Source: a virus
Lineage: Duplodnaviria; Caudoviricetes
Virus record (IMG/VR): IMGVR_UViG_3300037439_000415
Coordinates: 1 to 37,324 of that record
Reading direction: 5' to 3' (one strand)
Length of the DNA: 37,324 bases
Under the pieces are notes generated by a model. The model made no database searches. It was not told where the DNA came from and worked only from the letters and a program-made list of their open reading frames with translations. The translations under genes and the position numbers were made by a program. The number at the start of each line of letters is the position of its first letter. Position 1 is the stretch's first letter. Shown here piece after piece: positions 1 to 9,007 of the stretch.

Positions 1-357
1 ATGAAGCTCTACGCGATCTGCTGGCGAGATCCAGGGGACGGGCACAACTGGGCGCCCGCCGTTGGTGACGCGGCCGACTTTCAGATCCAGGTGGGTGATG
101 CGCGCGGCCTTCCTGAGGAGGTGTTCTTCTGGGACCCCGGCGAGGCCGACACGGCGCTTGCCGAGTACCTGGGGTGCATCACTAAGCCATGGGGGGAGTG
201 GAGCGTCCAGGAGTACGACGTGCCAGACGTCTTCTCACGGTTGGGATCGCTCTCCGGCGGCTTGCCAAAGTTCGCCGCCACGAGCAGCGAGTTCGCCTGC
301 GCCCTTGATCAGGGGCTCGACCGGCTGAATCGCCTGATCAACAAGCTCGGGGACTAG
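1..357 (+). CDS. hypothetical protein (may be 5'-incomplete)
   Basis: 118-aa ORF ending 3 nt before terS; no recognisable motif; starts at the first base of the window. Confidence 0.6.
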   Translation: MKLYAICWRDPGDGHNWAPAVGDAADFQIQVGDARGLPEEVFFWDPGEADTALAEYLGCITKPWGEWSVQEYDVPDVFSRLGSLSGGLPKFAATSSEFACALDQGLDRLNRLINKLGD

Positions 358-360
358 CTC

Positions 361-1035
361 ATGGCGCAGGGCAGGCCCAAGGGCCGGGCTGGCGAGAGGC
401 GCGACCACTGTGAAGGCGACCGTGGATCGGGCAAGCAGCCGTGCACCCAGCGGGCGGGCTGGGGGACAAACCACCCCGGGATCGGCTTCTGCAGGTTCCA
501 CGGGGGCTCCACACGGAACCACCAGCTAGCAGCGGTGCCCGCGATGGCGTCCGCGTTCGCCGACCGCGTCGTGATCCCTGACGCGTCACCCCGCGAGACG
601 CTGCTCTGGATGATCGGCGAGACGAGGGGAGAGGCGGCGTACTACACGCTGATGATCGCCCAGGTCCCCGACAAAGACCTGTGGGGCTACCACGAGGCTT
701 TCGTCGACCGGCCGCTGAAAAAGGAGAAGGGCGCCGAGCACCCAAGCGAGCGAGTGCAAGAGATCCGGACGAGCGAGCCACGCCTGCACATCTGGATCAA
801 CGCGAGAGCTGCGGCGTTCGACCGCCTTGCCCGCTACATCAAGATCGCCGAGGACATCGGCATCGCCGAGCGCGAGATCGAGCTAGCGGAGCGCCACGGT
901 GCCCAGATCGCCGACATGCTCGGCGCGGTGCTAGAGGGGCTCGTTCTGACGGCCGCCCAGCGCGAGAAGGCGCCAGTAGTGATCGAGGGTGCGATGCGAC
1001 AGCTCGAGGCCGGCTCGACCCCGTTGGCGGCGTAA
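361..1035 (+). CDS. terS: terminase small subunit
   Basis: C..C..CRFHGGST (HGGxST) motif typical of actinophage TerS; lies upstream of TerL. Confidence 0.7.
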   Translation: MAQGRPKGRAGERRDHCEGDRGSGKQPCTQRAGWGTNHPGIGFCRFHGGSTRNHQLAAVPAMASAFADRVVIPDASPRETLLWMIGETRGEAAYYTLMIAQVPDKDLWGYHEAFVDRPLKKEKGAEHPSERVQEIRTSEPRLHIWINARAAAFDRLARYIKIAEDIGIAEREIELAERHGAQIADMLGAVLEGLVLTAAQREKAPVVIEGAMRQLEAGSTPLAA

Positions 1036-1231
1036 GGCCATAGCGGTCTTGTAGGCCATGGCGGGCCGTTGCTGTCGTTCCGTCCGACCGTCACCTGTAG
1101 TTTTCGGATGGACATTGGGGGGCGAAGCATGCCCTGGTGTCCATTCTCCGCTGTGCCGAGTTCGGCGCAGCCCGCGCACAGCCCCTTGCCGCTGTCGGCC
1201 GAAAGGCGCGATACAGCCCTGACCGCACCGA

Positions 1232-1305
1232 CGCCGGGTGGAGCAGTCTGGTAGCTCGCTGGGTCCATACCCCAGAGGCCGCCGGTTTGAATCCGGCCCC
1301 GGCCA
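1232..1305 (+). tRNA. tRNA-Met(CAT), initiator (fMet) type, atypical; no encoded CCA
   Basis: Cloverleaf: acceptor C-GCCGGG/CCCGGC-C with a 1:72 mismatch; D-arm GAGC-AGTCTGGTA-GCTC; anticodon stem CTGGG/CCCAG (three G:C pairs) with loop TCCATAC (CAT at 1266-1268); T-arm GCCGG-TTTGAAT-CCGGC. Confidence 0.85.
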
Positions 1306-1356
1306 TCGTCCTGTCGATCCTCCCCGCTCGACGGGGCGAAGTCTTGGAGGTCACGC

Positions 1357-2895
1357 GTGACGCGCCACCTCTTCGCCCCGCTCATGGCGATCCTGTGGCT
1401 CGCCACCACCGTCCTTCCCAAAGGCACCACGGACGCCGTCCTGCGCAACCTGTTCCCGCAAGACGACCCCTACGCCGCCAACCCGGTCGCATGGGCCCGA
1501 GACATCCTCGGCGTCCACCTCTGGTCGAAACAGCGTGAGGTCGCGGAGTCCGTCCGCGACAACCCGCGCACCGCCGTCAAGGCGGGCCACGGCGTTGGTA
1601 AGACGTTCGTCGCCGCGGTCATCCTCCTCTGGTTTCTCGACACCCACCCGAACAGCCGGGTCATCACGACCGCGACGAAGTGGTCGCAGGTCAAGAAGCT
1701 GTTGTGGCATGAGGTCAACCAGCTCCACAAGGGGGCGAAGAATCGGCCGCAGGCCAAGGACCGGCCGATCTTCCGGGGCGCCGACCTGCTGCTCACCGAG
1801 CTCAATCTCCCCGACGGCCGATACGCCATCGGCATGTCGTCCGCCAAGGAGAACAGCGAGAGCTTCGCCGGCCACCACGCACCCCACATCCTCGTCATCT
1901 ACGACGAGGCCTCGGGCGTCCACTCCAACATCTTCGAGGTCGGCGAGGGCTACATGACGACAGCGGGCGCCAGGGCGCTGCTGATCGGCAACCCGACTCG
2001 CCCGCACGGCACGTTCTACGACGCCTTCCACAAAGAGCGAACCGCGTACAACACGATCACGATCTCGGCGCTCGACTCGCCAACGATCACCGGCGAGCAA
2101 ATTCCAGAGCCCGCCAAGGTCGCGCTCACCGGCCTCGAGTGGGTCAAGTCCCGGAAGGCGGCGTGGGGCGCCGACAGCGTGATCTACGCCGTCCGCGTAC
2201 TCGGCCGGTTCCCGAAGACGACAGACGACGCCGTCATCGGCCTCGGCGACGTCGAGGACGCCCAGGCCCGCGACGTGCCGGCGAGCCCTCGCACCGACCG
2301 CATCACGATCGCTTGCGACGTGGCGCGGTTCGGCAGCGACGAGACCGTCATCGGCACCAGGATCGGCGCAAGGGTACGGATGAACCAGACCTACCGTGGC
2401 AAACCGATCACGGCCACGGCAGGCCGGATCATGGCCGAGGCTCGCAAGTACCCCGCCGTAGCCACGACGGTCGTGGTCGACGACGACGGCGTAGGCGGCG
2501 GCGTCACCGACATCCTCCGCGAGAAGCTCGCCCCCCTCGGCTACACGATCGTCGGGTTCAACGCCCAGAACACGGCCTACCAGCCCGACGACTACCCCAA
2601 CCGGCGGTCCGAGCTCTGGTTCGCGATGGCCGACAAGCTGCCGCACCTCGACCTCGACCCCGACGACCAGCTCGCCGCCGACCTCACCGCACCGGTCTAC
2701 GACTACGACATGCACGGCCGCCGCAAGGTCGAGCAGAAGGCCGACACCAAGAAACGCCTTGGCCGGTCGCCTGACCGTGCGGACATGGTGCTGCTGACGC
2801 TCGTGAAGCCGATCGCTCCGCCGCCACCTGACCGGACGGCGGAGATGCAGGCAGCGCAGCCGATCATGGCCGGCATCCTCGACGAGCCCACGTAA
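1357..2895 (+). CDS. terL: terminase large subunit
   Basis: Walker A VKAGHGVGKT, Walker B ILVIYDEA, coupling motif IGNP, nuclease motifs IACDVARFGSDET and SPDRAD; GGAGG at 1346-1350. Confidence 0.95.
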   Translation: MTRHLFAPLMAILWLATTVLPKGTTDAVLRNLFPQDDPYAANPVAWARDILGVHLWSKQREVAESVRDNPRTAVKAGHGVGKTFVAAVILLWFLDTHPNSRVITTATKWSQVKKLLWHEVNQLHKGAKNRPQAKDRPIFRGADLLLTELNLPDGRYAIGMSSAKENSESFAGHHAPHILVIYDEASGVHSNIFEVGEGYMTTAGARALLIGNPTRPHGTFYDAFHKERTAYNTITISALDSPTITGEQIPEPAKVALTGLEWVKSRKAAWGADSVIYAVRVLGRFPKTTDDAVIGLGDVEDAQARDVPASPRTDRITIACDVARFGSDETVIGTRIGARVRMNQTYRGKPITATAGRIMAEARKYPAVATTVVVDDDGVGGGVTDILREKLAPLGYTIVGFNAQNTAYQPDDYPNRRSELWFAMADKLPHLDLDPDDQLAADLTAPVYDYDMHGRRKVEQKADTKKRLGRSPDRADMVLLTLVKPIAPPPPDRTAEMQAAQPIMAGILDEPT

Positions 2896-2920
2896 CGACG
2901 ACCGCCGGGAGGTGGGGCCT

Positions 2921-4951
2921 ATGGCGACGATCACCCCCCCGACGAGTGAGATCGGCGCGACGAACCAGGCCGCAACCCTCCCCGGCTGGGGCAAGTTCAG
3001 CCACGGGTCGGTGGTCGACGAGGCCGAGCACGTCCCGGACCTGAAATGGCCAAAGTCGGTCCGCAAGACCTATGAGCGGATGCGCAACGACTACCAGCTC
3101 GAGGCGCTCTACTACGCGACCACGTTGCCGATCACCCGGTACCGGTGGTGCATCGACCCGAACGGGGCCCGTGACGAGGTCGTCGAGAAGGCTTGCCGCG
3201 ACTACGGCCTGCCGTTGAAGGGCGAGCCGGACTCCACGATCCCACTGAAGGGCACCAGCTTCGACTTTTACGGTCACCTGGACCTCGTCCTGCAGTACCT
3301 GATCTTCGGCCACTACTTCTTCGAGCAGGTCATGGAGGTCGGCGACGACGGCCTCCTGCACATCCGCAAGCTCGCACCGCGGGCGCCCCGCACGATCGCG
3401 GACTTCCACGTCGACCCCGACGGCGGGTTGGTAGGTATCCGGCAGACGATCGGACGGCCCGGCGACCGGATGCCGAACCTGATCGAGACCGGCCGTCTCC
3501 TCTTCTACGTGTGGCAGCCCGAGCCAGGCAGGTTCACCGGACGGTCGATGTTCCGTGCCTGCTATCAGCCGTGGCTCTTGAAGGACCGGCTGATGCGGGT
3601 CGACGCGCTCAAGCACGAGCGGAACGGGATGGGCGTCCCGAACGCGAAGCAGACGATCCCCGACACGCTCAGTGCCGACGCGTTGCAGCGCGCCCAGGAG
3701 GTCATGTCGTCGTGGCGGGCCGGCGAGGACGCCGGCAGCGTCATGCCCTACGGGATTGAGGTCGAGCTGCTCGGCGTGAAGGGCACGCTGCCGGACACGC
3801 TCGCGTCGATCAAGCACTACGACGAGGCGATGTCCCGCCGCTGGTTGGGGATGCTGCTCAACCTCGGCCAGACCGAGTCCGGCAGCCGGGCGCTCGGCGA
3901 GGTGGACGCGGACCTGATCGAGATGGCCCGTGACGCGATCGCCGGCCGGATCGGCAAGACGTTCAGCGACCACCAGCTCGCCGACGATGTCCTGTGGAAC
4001 TTCCCGTCGGAGACCCACGCCCCGCGGTTGACGTACGAGCGGCCCGAGGACGCCGCACCGTCGACTCCGCAGCCCGAGCCGCCGGCAGCCCCGCCGGTCC
4101 AGGCACGATCCCGCCCCGCGACTTTCAAGCCCGCTCGGCCGGCGCTGTACGCCGAGCAGCGGGCCCGCCTTGCGTCCCCGTCCGACCGTCGCCGTGAGCC
4201 TTCCGCCCGCGAGGTACAGGCGGCCGTCGACTTCGACCGCGTCGACCTCGAGCACCGCGGCGTCCTCTCCGGCCTCCTGTCCGACTGGGAGGACGTGACC
4301 GCCAGCCAGATCGACTCGCTCGTCGCCCAGGTCGAAACCGCCGCCGGTGACCTCGACGCTCTCGCGCGGATAGAGGCGCCCGTCGAGGGCGCGGACGTGA
4401 TCGCCGACGCGATGCGCACCGCCTCGCGCCAGGCCGCCGAGACCGCTCGCATGGAGGCCGCCGCCCAAGGCGTCCACCTCGACCCGACACCGGTCATGGC
4501 GTCGACCGCCGACATGGACCCCGTCGAGGACGGCATCGTCGCCCGCGCGGCCGCCTACGCCCTTCGCCTCGCCCGGTCGCTGTCTGAGTCTGCCGCATGG
4601 CAGGCCGTCACCACGACCGGCGCCGACGACCTGCCCGCCGCTGTCCGCACGCACCTGGAGAGCCTGTCCGGCTCCTACGTCGAGCAGCGGTTGGGCGGCG
4701 CTGTCTCCGCCGCTCAGACCGAGGGGCGCGCCGCCACCCAGGCGGCAGCGGAGGAGGAGGCCGGTGGCGCTGAGTACGACGCGTGCGAGCTGCTCGACAC
4801 GAACACCTGCACCGCCTGCGCCGAGCACGACAACACGACCTATACGTCGCTCGACGAGGCACGCCGCGACTACCCCGGCGCCGGCTACATCGGCTGCGAG
4901 GGCGGCGACCGCTGCCGGGGTCTGCTCGTCCAGCTCCTGCCGGAGGCGTAG
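2921..4951 (+). CDS. portal protein (Mu gp29/DUF935-like) with a C-terminal MuF-like head-morphogenesis domain
   Basis: Follows TerL; ERNGMGVP and GSRALGEV portal motifs; Pro-rich linker; C-terminal LLDTNTCTAC...CEGGDRCRG; GGAGGT before ATG 2921. Confidence 0.85.
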   Translation: MATITPPTSEIGATNQAATLPGWGKFSHGSVVDEAEHVPDLKWPKSVRKTYERMRNDYQLEALYYATTLPITRYRWCIDPNGARDEVVEKACRDYGLPLKGEPDSTIPLKGTSFDFYGHLDLVLQYLIFGHYFFEQVMEVGDDGLLHIRKLAPRAPRTIADFHVDPDGGLVGIRQTIGRPGDRMPNLIETGRLLFYVWQPEPGRFTGRSMFRACYQPWLLKDRLMRVDALKHERNGMGVPNAKQTIPDTLSADALQRAQEVMSSWRAGEDAGSVMPYGIEVELLGVKGTLPDTLASIKHYDEAMSRRWLGMLLNLGQTESGSRALGEVDADLIEMARDAIAGRIGKTFSDHQLADDVLWNFPSETHAPRLTYERPEDAAPSTPQPEPPAAPPVQARSRPATFKPARPALYAEQRARLASPSDRRREPSAREVQAAVDFDRVDLEHRGVLSGLLSDWEDVTASQIDSLVAQVETAAGDLDALARIEAPVEGADVIADAMRTASRQAAETARMEAAAQGVHLDPTPVMASTADMDPVEDGIVARAAAYALRLARSLSESAAWQAVTTTGADDLPAAVRTHLESLSGSYVEQRLGGAVSAAQTEGRAATQAAAEEEAGGAEYDACELLDTNTCTACAEHDNTTYTSLDEARRDYPGAGYIGCEGGDRCRGLLVQLLPEA

Positions 4952-4953
4952 CC

Positions 4954-6528
4954 GTGGACTTCGTCAGCTACGCCGACGAGGGCTACAGGTTCATGGAGGG
5001 CGTCGAGCTGATGTCTGTCGGCATGGAGTGGCCAGCGTCCAACGGCCCGTACACCGCGACGTTCGACCAGCTTGCGGCGATCGTCGAGGCCGCGAACAAC
5101 GACCCGCTCGTCTACGACCCGCGGATCAAGCTCGGCCACCAATCGCCGGTCAACGGCGACGACGCGATGCCCACCGATCCCTTCCGCCCGATCGGCGACG
5201 CCGAGCCCGCCTTCGGCCGGATCGTCAACCTTCGCACCACCAACCAGGGCGCGGTTCTCGTTGGCGACTTCGTCGAGGTCCCGGTCTGGCTCGCCGACGC
5301 GATGGTGTCCGCCTTCCCGTCGCGGTCGAGCGAGCCATGGCTCGAGCACACGACCCCTGGCGGCAAGCACTACGCCGCGATCCTGACCGCCGTCGCGCTG
5401 CTCGGCGCCTACTGGCCCGCGATCCAAGACCTAGAGGACCTGCAACGGCTCATGGAGGACGGACCCGACGCGGTCGCCGCCACGACAGAGGAGACAAACG
5501 TGCCCCATCCCGCCACCGCCACGTCCACCCCTGAGGCGTCGATCGACGCCGGGACGATCCGCAACCGCTTCAACTTCGACTGGTGCACCAACGAAGACAG
5601 AGTCTTCGAGGACGACCGAGGCGACCTGCAGGACCCGTACTGGTGGTGGGCGCGCAGCGTGCGCGTCGACCCGCTCGAGATCATCGCCGAGGGCGACGAG
5701 GACCTCTGGCGCATCCCGGTCACAACCGACGGCGAGGACGAGGTCACCTTCGGCACCCCTGAGCGGGTCCGCGAGGTCTACGTCCCCGTCAACGCCACCG
5801 CAGGCGACACCACTGTCCGGCGCGACGCTCTCGTCCTCGACGGACAGCGCGTTCTCGCCACCTACCTTCACCGGCCCGAGAAGCCGGCGAAACCGGCCGC
5901 GTCGCGGCCCGATCCAACCAACCCGACCCAGGAGGTCACGATGCCGACGATCGACATCCCTGCCCTGCGGGAGCGGACCGGGCTGCCTGCCGAGCAGCTG
6001 CCCGACAACGCGACCGAGGACCAGATCAACGAGGCGCTCAACGCCGAGCCCGAGCCGACGCCCAAGGGCGACCCGGCCCCGGAGGGCGATCCCGCCCCGA
6101 CCGGAGACCCGGCCCCGGAGACGCAGCCCGCCGCGAGCACGGTGCCCGACGGTTTCGTCCAGGTCCCCGCCGCGACGTGGGCCGAGGTCCAGGCAGGCGC
6201 GCAGGCCGGCGCCCGTATCGCGACCGAGAGTGAGGAGACGCGCCGCGACCAGACCATCCAGGCGGCGCTCGACATAGGCAAGATCCCCCCGGCGCAGCGG
6301 GAGGCGATGGTCAACCTCCACGCCGAGCGGCCGGAGGCGTTCTACACGCTGCTGACCGCCAGCGTCGAGGAGGGCGGTCTCGCCGAGGGCCTGGTGCCCG
6401 TCGACCCAAAGGGCCGCGACACCGAGGTCAACGCTTCCAACAGCGAGGCGACGCAGGCGTACATCGACCAGCACTTCCCGCGGACCAGTGGCCGTCAGCG
6501 GGGCGTCCGACACCGTCAGGAGGCGTAG
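4954..6528 (+). CDS. capsid maturation protease/scaffold (Mu gpI-like)
   Basis: Between portal and capsid genes; PRIKLGH, PAFGRI, SRSSE and LTAVALLGA protease-like motifs; acidic Pro-rich C-terminus with GKIPPAQ; GGAGG before GTG 4954. Confidence 0.8.
   Translation: MDFVSYADEGYRFMEGVELMSVGMEWPASNGPYTATFDQLAAIVEAANNDPLVYDPRIKLGHQSPVNGDDAMPTDPFRPIGDAEPAFGRIVNLRTTNQGAVLVGDFVEVPVWLADAMVSAFPSRSSEPWLEHTTPGGKHYAAILTAVALLGAYWPAIQDLEDLQRLMEDGPDAVAATTEETNVPHPATATSTPEASIDAGTIRNRFNFDWCTNEDRVFEDDRGDLQDPYWWWARSVRVDPLEIIAEGDEDLWRIPVTTDGEDEVTFGTPERVREVYVPVNATAGDTTVRRDALVLDGQRVLATYLHRPEKPAKPAASRPDPTNPTQEVTMPTIDIPALRERTGLPAEQLPDNATEDQINEALNAEPEPTPKGDPAPEGDPAPTGDPAPETQPAASTVPDGFVQVPAATWAEVQAGAQAGARIATESEETRRDQTIQAALDIGKIPPAQREAMVNLHAERPEAFYTLLTASVEEGGLAEGLVPVDPKGRDTEVNASNSEATQAYIDQHFPRTSGRQRGVRHRQEA
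5941..6528 (+). CDS. probable scaffold protein from an internal in-frame start
   Basis: AGGAGGT at 5930-5936 followed by in-frame ATG 5941 (MPTIDIPALRERTGLP...). Confidence 0.6.
   Translation: MPTIDIPALRERTGLPAEQLPDNATEDQINEALNAEPEPTPKGDPAPEGDPAPTGDPAPETQPAASTVPDGFVQVPAATWAEVQAGAQAGARIATESEETRRDQTIQAALDIGKIPPAQREAMVNLHAERPEAFYTLLTASVEEGGLAEGLVPVDPKGRDTEVNASNSEATQAYIDQHFPRTSGRQRGVRHRQEA
6061..6120 (+). repeat. three 18-bp coding repeats (xGDPAP) in the scaffold
   Basis: PKGDPAPEGDPAPTGDPAPE. Confidence 0.8.
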
Positions 6529-6532
6529 GAAC

Positions 6533-6982
6533 ATGCCCGCCAACGAGTGCATCCCATACAAGCAGCCGGCCGGCCGCGTCACCTGCAAGGCGACCGCCAC
6601 GGTCACCGGCAAGCGGTTCGTCAAGATCTCGGGCGACCGGACGGGTGGCCCTGGCCTCTCGACCGACGTCGAGAACGTCAAGCGTGTCGCGCACGCCGTT
6701 GCGGGTGACACCGCTTACGGCGTCTCCGGCCACGACATCTCCAGCGGCGGCCTCGGCACGATCCTGTGCGGGCCCGGCTGGGAGCTGCCGATCACCGCGG
6801 AGGAGAACCTCGAGGCCGGCGACCGCGTCGTAGCCGGCACCGCCGGCAAGGCCGCGAAGTACGACCCCGATGTCGCCGCGAGCGGCAACGCCGAGACCCT
6901 GACCATCCCCGCCGGCCCGCAGGGCATCGTCCTCAACGGATGCCTCGCGGACGCCGACGCCGAGATCAAGCTGCTCGTCTAG
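6533..6982 (+). CDS. capsid decoration/cement protein (DUF2190-like)
   Basis: Directly upstream of the major capsid gene; GKRFVKI...GVSGHD...ITAEENLEAGDRVVAGTAGKA pattern. Confidence 0.75.
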   Translation: MPANECIPYKQPAGRVTCKATATVTGKRFVKISGDRTGGPGLSTDVENVKRVAHAVAGDTAYGVSGHDISSGGLGTILCGPGWELPITAEENLEAGDRVVAGTAGKAAKYDPDVAASGNAETLTIPAGPQGIVLNGCLADADAEIKLLV

Positions 6983-6994
6983 GAGGCGATCCAG

Positions 6995-7912
6995 ATGCCC
7001 ACCACATACCCGGAGCCCGTCAATCCGCTCCTGCCGTCCGTCGACGGCACCGAGATGACGGTCGACTTCCTGCTCAACAACCCGACCGTCGTCACCCGCA
7101 TCGTCGCCGACTTGACGATGCGCAACTTCTTCCTCGACCGGATCTTCGGCTCCGGCGGGGAGGTCGAGGGCGGCGCCGTCCTGTACGACCAGGCGAACTT
7201 CCTCGACACCTACCTCAACCGTGACGTGGAGCGGATCACCCCCGGTGCCGAGGCGCCGATCGTCAGCGGCGTCCGCACCGCTCCGCTGGTCGCGCAGGTC
7301 GAGAAGTTCGGCGGGAAGTTCCCGACTGTCGACGAGGCCCGTCGCCGGAACCGCCAGTCGACCTACAACAACAACCTGCGGCGTCTCGCGAACACGATCG
7401 TCCGCAAGATGAACCAGCGTGGCATGGCCGAGCTGGCCGCAGCGATCACCGCCTACAGCCGCACGGGATCGGGCGTGTCGTGGGCTGACGCGCTCGCGCT
7501 CACGATGACGACCCGCACCGCGGCGATGATGCCGATGCGGGACATCTCGGCCGCCCAGAAGGCGCTCGAGAACCTCGAGATGGATGTCGAGTACGACACG
7601 CTCATCGTGAACCCGCAGGAGAGCGACGTCCTCCGAGTGCTGTACGGCTCCGAGCTCGACGAGACCCTCGCCGACAACGGGATCAACGAGCTGATCTCCA
7701 CTCCCCGCCAGACGGCCGGGACGGCGAAGCTGCTCGCAGGTGGACAGGTCGGCGAGCTCCGGCTCGAGGAGCCGCTGCGGACGTGGACCGCCGACGAGAA
7801 GGTGTCGGCGCCCACGATGGTCGAGCAGACCTGGACACAGACGCTCGTCAACCCGGTCATGTACGTCACCGATCCCTACGCGATCCTCGAGATCACAGGG
7901 CTCGCCGCCTAA
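6995..7912 (+). CDS. major capsid protein
   Basis: 305 aa; position; MPTTYP...TVDFLLNNP, GGAVLY and VEKFGGKF...DEARRRN resemble actinophage capsid proteins; AGGAGG RBS. Confidence 0.85.
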   Translation: MPTTYPEPVNPLLPSVDGTEMTVDFLLNNPTVVTRIVADLTMRNFFLDRIFGSGGEVEGGAVLYDQANFLDTYLNRDVERITPGAEAPIVSGVRTAPLVAQVEKFGGKFPTVDEARRRNRQSTYNNNLRRLANTIVRKMNQRGMAELAAAITAYSRTGSGVSWADALALTMTTRTAAMMPMRDISAAQKALENLEMDVEYDTLIVNPQESDVLRVLYGSELDETLADNGINELISTPRQTAGTAKLLAGGQVGELRLEEPLRTWTADEKVSAPTMVEQTWTQTLVNPVMYVTDPYAILEITGLAA

Positions 7913-7939
7913 CAGGCGGGGAACTGGAAAGGAACCATC

Positions 7940-8497
7940 ATGGCCAAGAAGAACAGCCGGATCGTCAAGGGCGCGTTCGTCACCTACCGCGACGTCGTCG
8001 AGCGGTGGGATGGCAGCGCGCACGAGGTGTCCCGCAGCGCTGCACGCGGCGACACGATCAAGGTGGTGCCTCAGGAGGAGAAGCGCCTCGACCACCTCGA
8101 CATGCTGATGCCTCCGGGCACCCCGGAGACTGACCTGCGGACGCTCGAGAAGCAGCTGCAGGAGCAGGCGAAGCGAGACCGGCAGGTCGCTGGCCTCGAC
8201 CCCGAGGCCGCGGCGCAGCTCAGGGCGGCGCAGGCCGCCGACGGCGAGCCGATCCTGCCGGACGTCACCGTCCCATTCGACGCGGCGGCAGCATCAGACG
8301 CCGAGATCGCCGCATGGATTTCGGAGGCGAAGCCGAACGCGCCCGACACGGTCGCGGCCGCGATCGACGACGCGACGCTCGCGCAGCGGATCCTCGACGC
8401 CGAGAACGTCGCGAGAGCAGGGAGTCCCCGCAAGAGCGTCGTCGAGGGTCTCGACACGATCATCTCGTCGGGCGACGACAAGGCCGAGGGCAAGTAG
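7940..8497 (+). CDS. hypothetical head-module protein
   Basis: ORF after the capsid gene with an AAGGA RBS; C-terminal E...PRKSVVEGL helix. Confidence 0.7.
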   Translation: MAKKNSRIVKGAFVTYRDVVERWDGSAHEVSRSAARGDTIKVVPQEEKRLDHLDMLMPPGTPETDLRTLEKQLQEQAKRDRQVAGLDPEAAAQLRAAQAADGEPILPDVTVPFDAAAASDAEIAAWISEAKPNAPDTVAAAIDDATLAQRILDAENVARAGSPRKSVVEGLDTIISSGDDKAEGK

Positions 8498-8512
8498 CCC
8501 ACGGTGGCGCGC

Positions 8513-8546
8513 GGGGCGGGCGCCATGTACGCCCGCCCCACTTCAG
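8513..8546 (+). terminator. GC-rich hairpin, possible terminator or attenuator after the head genes
   Basis: GGGGCGGGCG-CCATGTA-CGCCCGCCCC; weak U-tail (ACTTC). Confidence 0.5.
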
Positions 8547-8549
8547 TCA

Positions 8550-8580
8550 CGGGCCGGTCACGTCACGCGTGACCGGCCCG
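8550..8580. repeat. 13-bp perfect inverted repeat containing GTCACGCGTGAC
   Basis: CGGGCCGGTCACG-TCACG-CGTGACCGGCCCG; an extra GTCACG at 8546. Confidence 0.85.
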
Positions 8581-8605
8581 ACCATCTTCTAGAGAGGAGG
8601 CCGAC

Positions 8606-8998
8606 ATGTCGGCACTATCCGACTACGCCGAGAACGAGCTGCTCGACCACCTCCTCGGCACGACCAGCTTCACGATGCCAGCCCAGGTGTACGTCGCGCT
8701 GTTCGTCGCCGCGCCGTCGGACTCCGGCGGCGGCACCGAGGTCTCTACCTCCGGCACCGCCTACGCCCGAGAGCCCGTCGACTTCGCCGCAGCGTCAGGC
8801 GGCGCGGCCAACCCCACCGGCGACGTCCAGTTCGACGAGGCAACGGGCAACTGGGGGACCGTGACACACCTCGGGCTCTTCGACGCCGCCAGCGGCGGGA
8901 ACCTGCTGATGCACGGTGCGCTCGCAGTGTCGAAGCTGATCGAGACCGGCGACACGTTCAGGATCCCCGCCGCCGACCTCGACGTGTCCGTCGCCTAA
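8606..8998 (+). CDS. small acidic beta-rich virion fibre subunit
   Basis: SDYAENELLDHLL...YVALF.AAP.D.GGGTEVS...YAR..V...WGTVTHLGLFDAASGGNLL matches a widespread ~130-aa phage fibre family; GAGGAGG RBS. Confidence 0.8.
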   Translation: MSALSDYAENELLDHLLGTTSFTMPAQVYVALFVAAPSDSGGGTEVSTSGTAYAREPVDFAAASGGAANPTGDVQFDEATGNWGTVTHLGLFDAASGGNLLMHGALAVSKLIETGDTFRIPAADLDVSVA

Positions 8999-9007
8999 CC
9001 CGACGCC

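Noticed and set aside
1232-1305. tRNA as an attL/attP remnant marking a prophage boundary
   Set aside because: It sits inside the terminase module, no second copy of its 3' end was seen, and no integrase is present.
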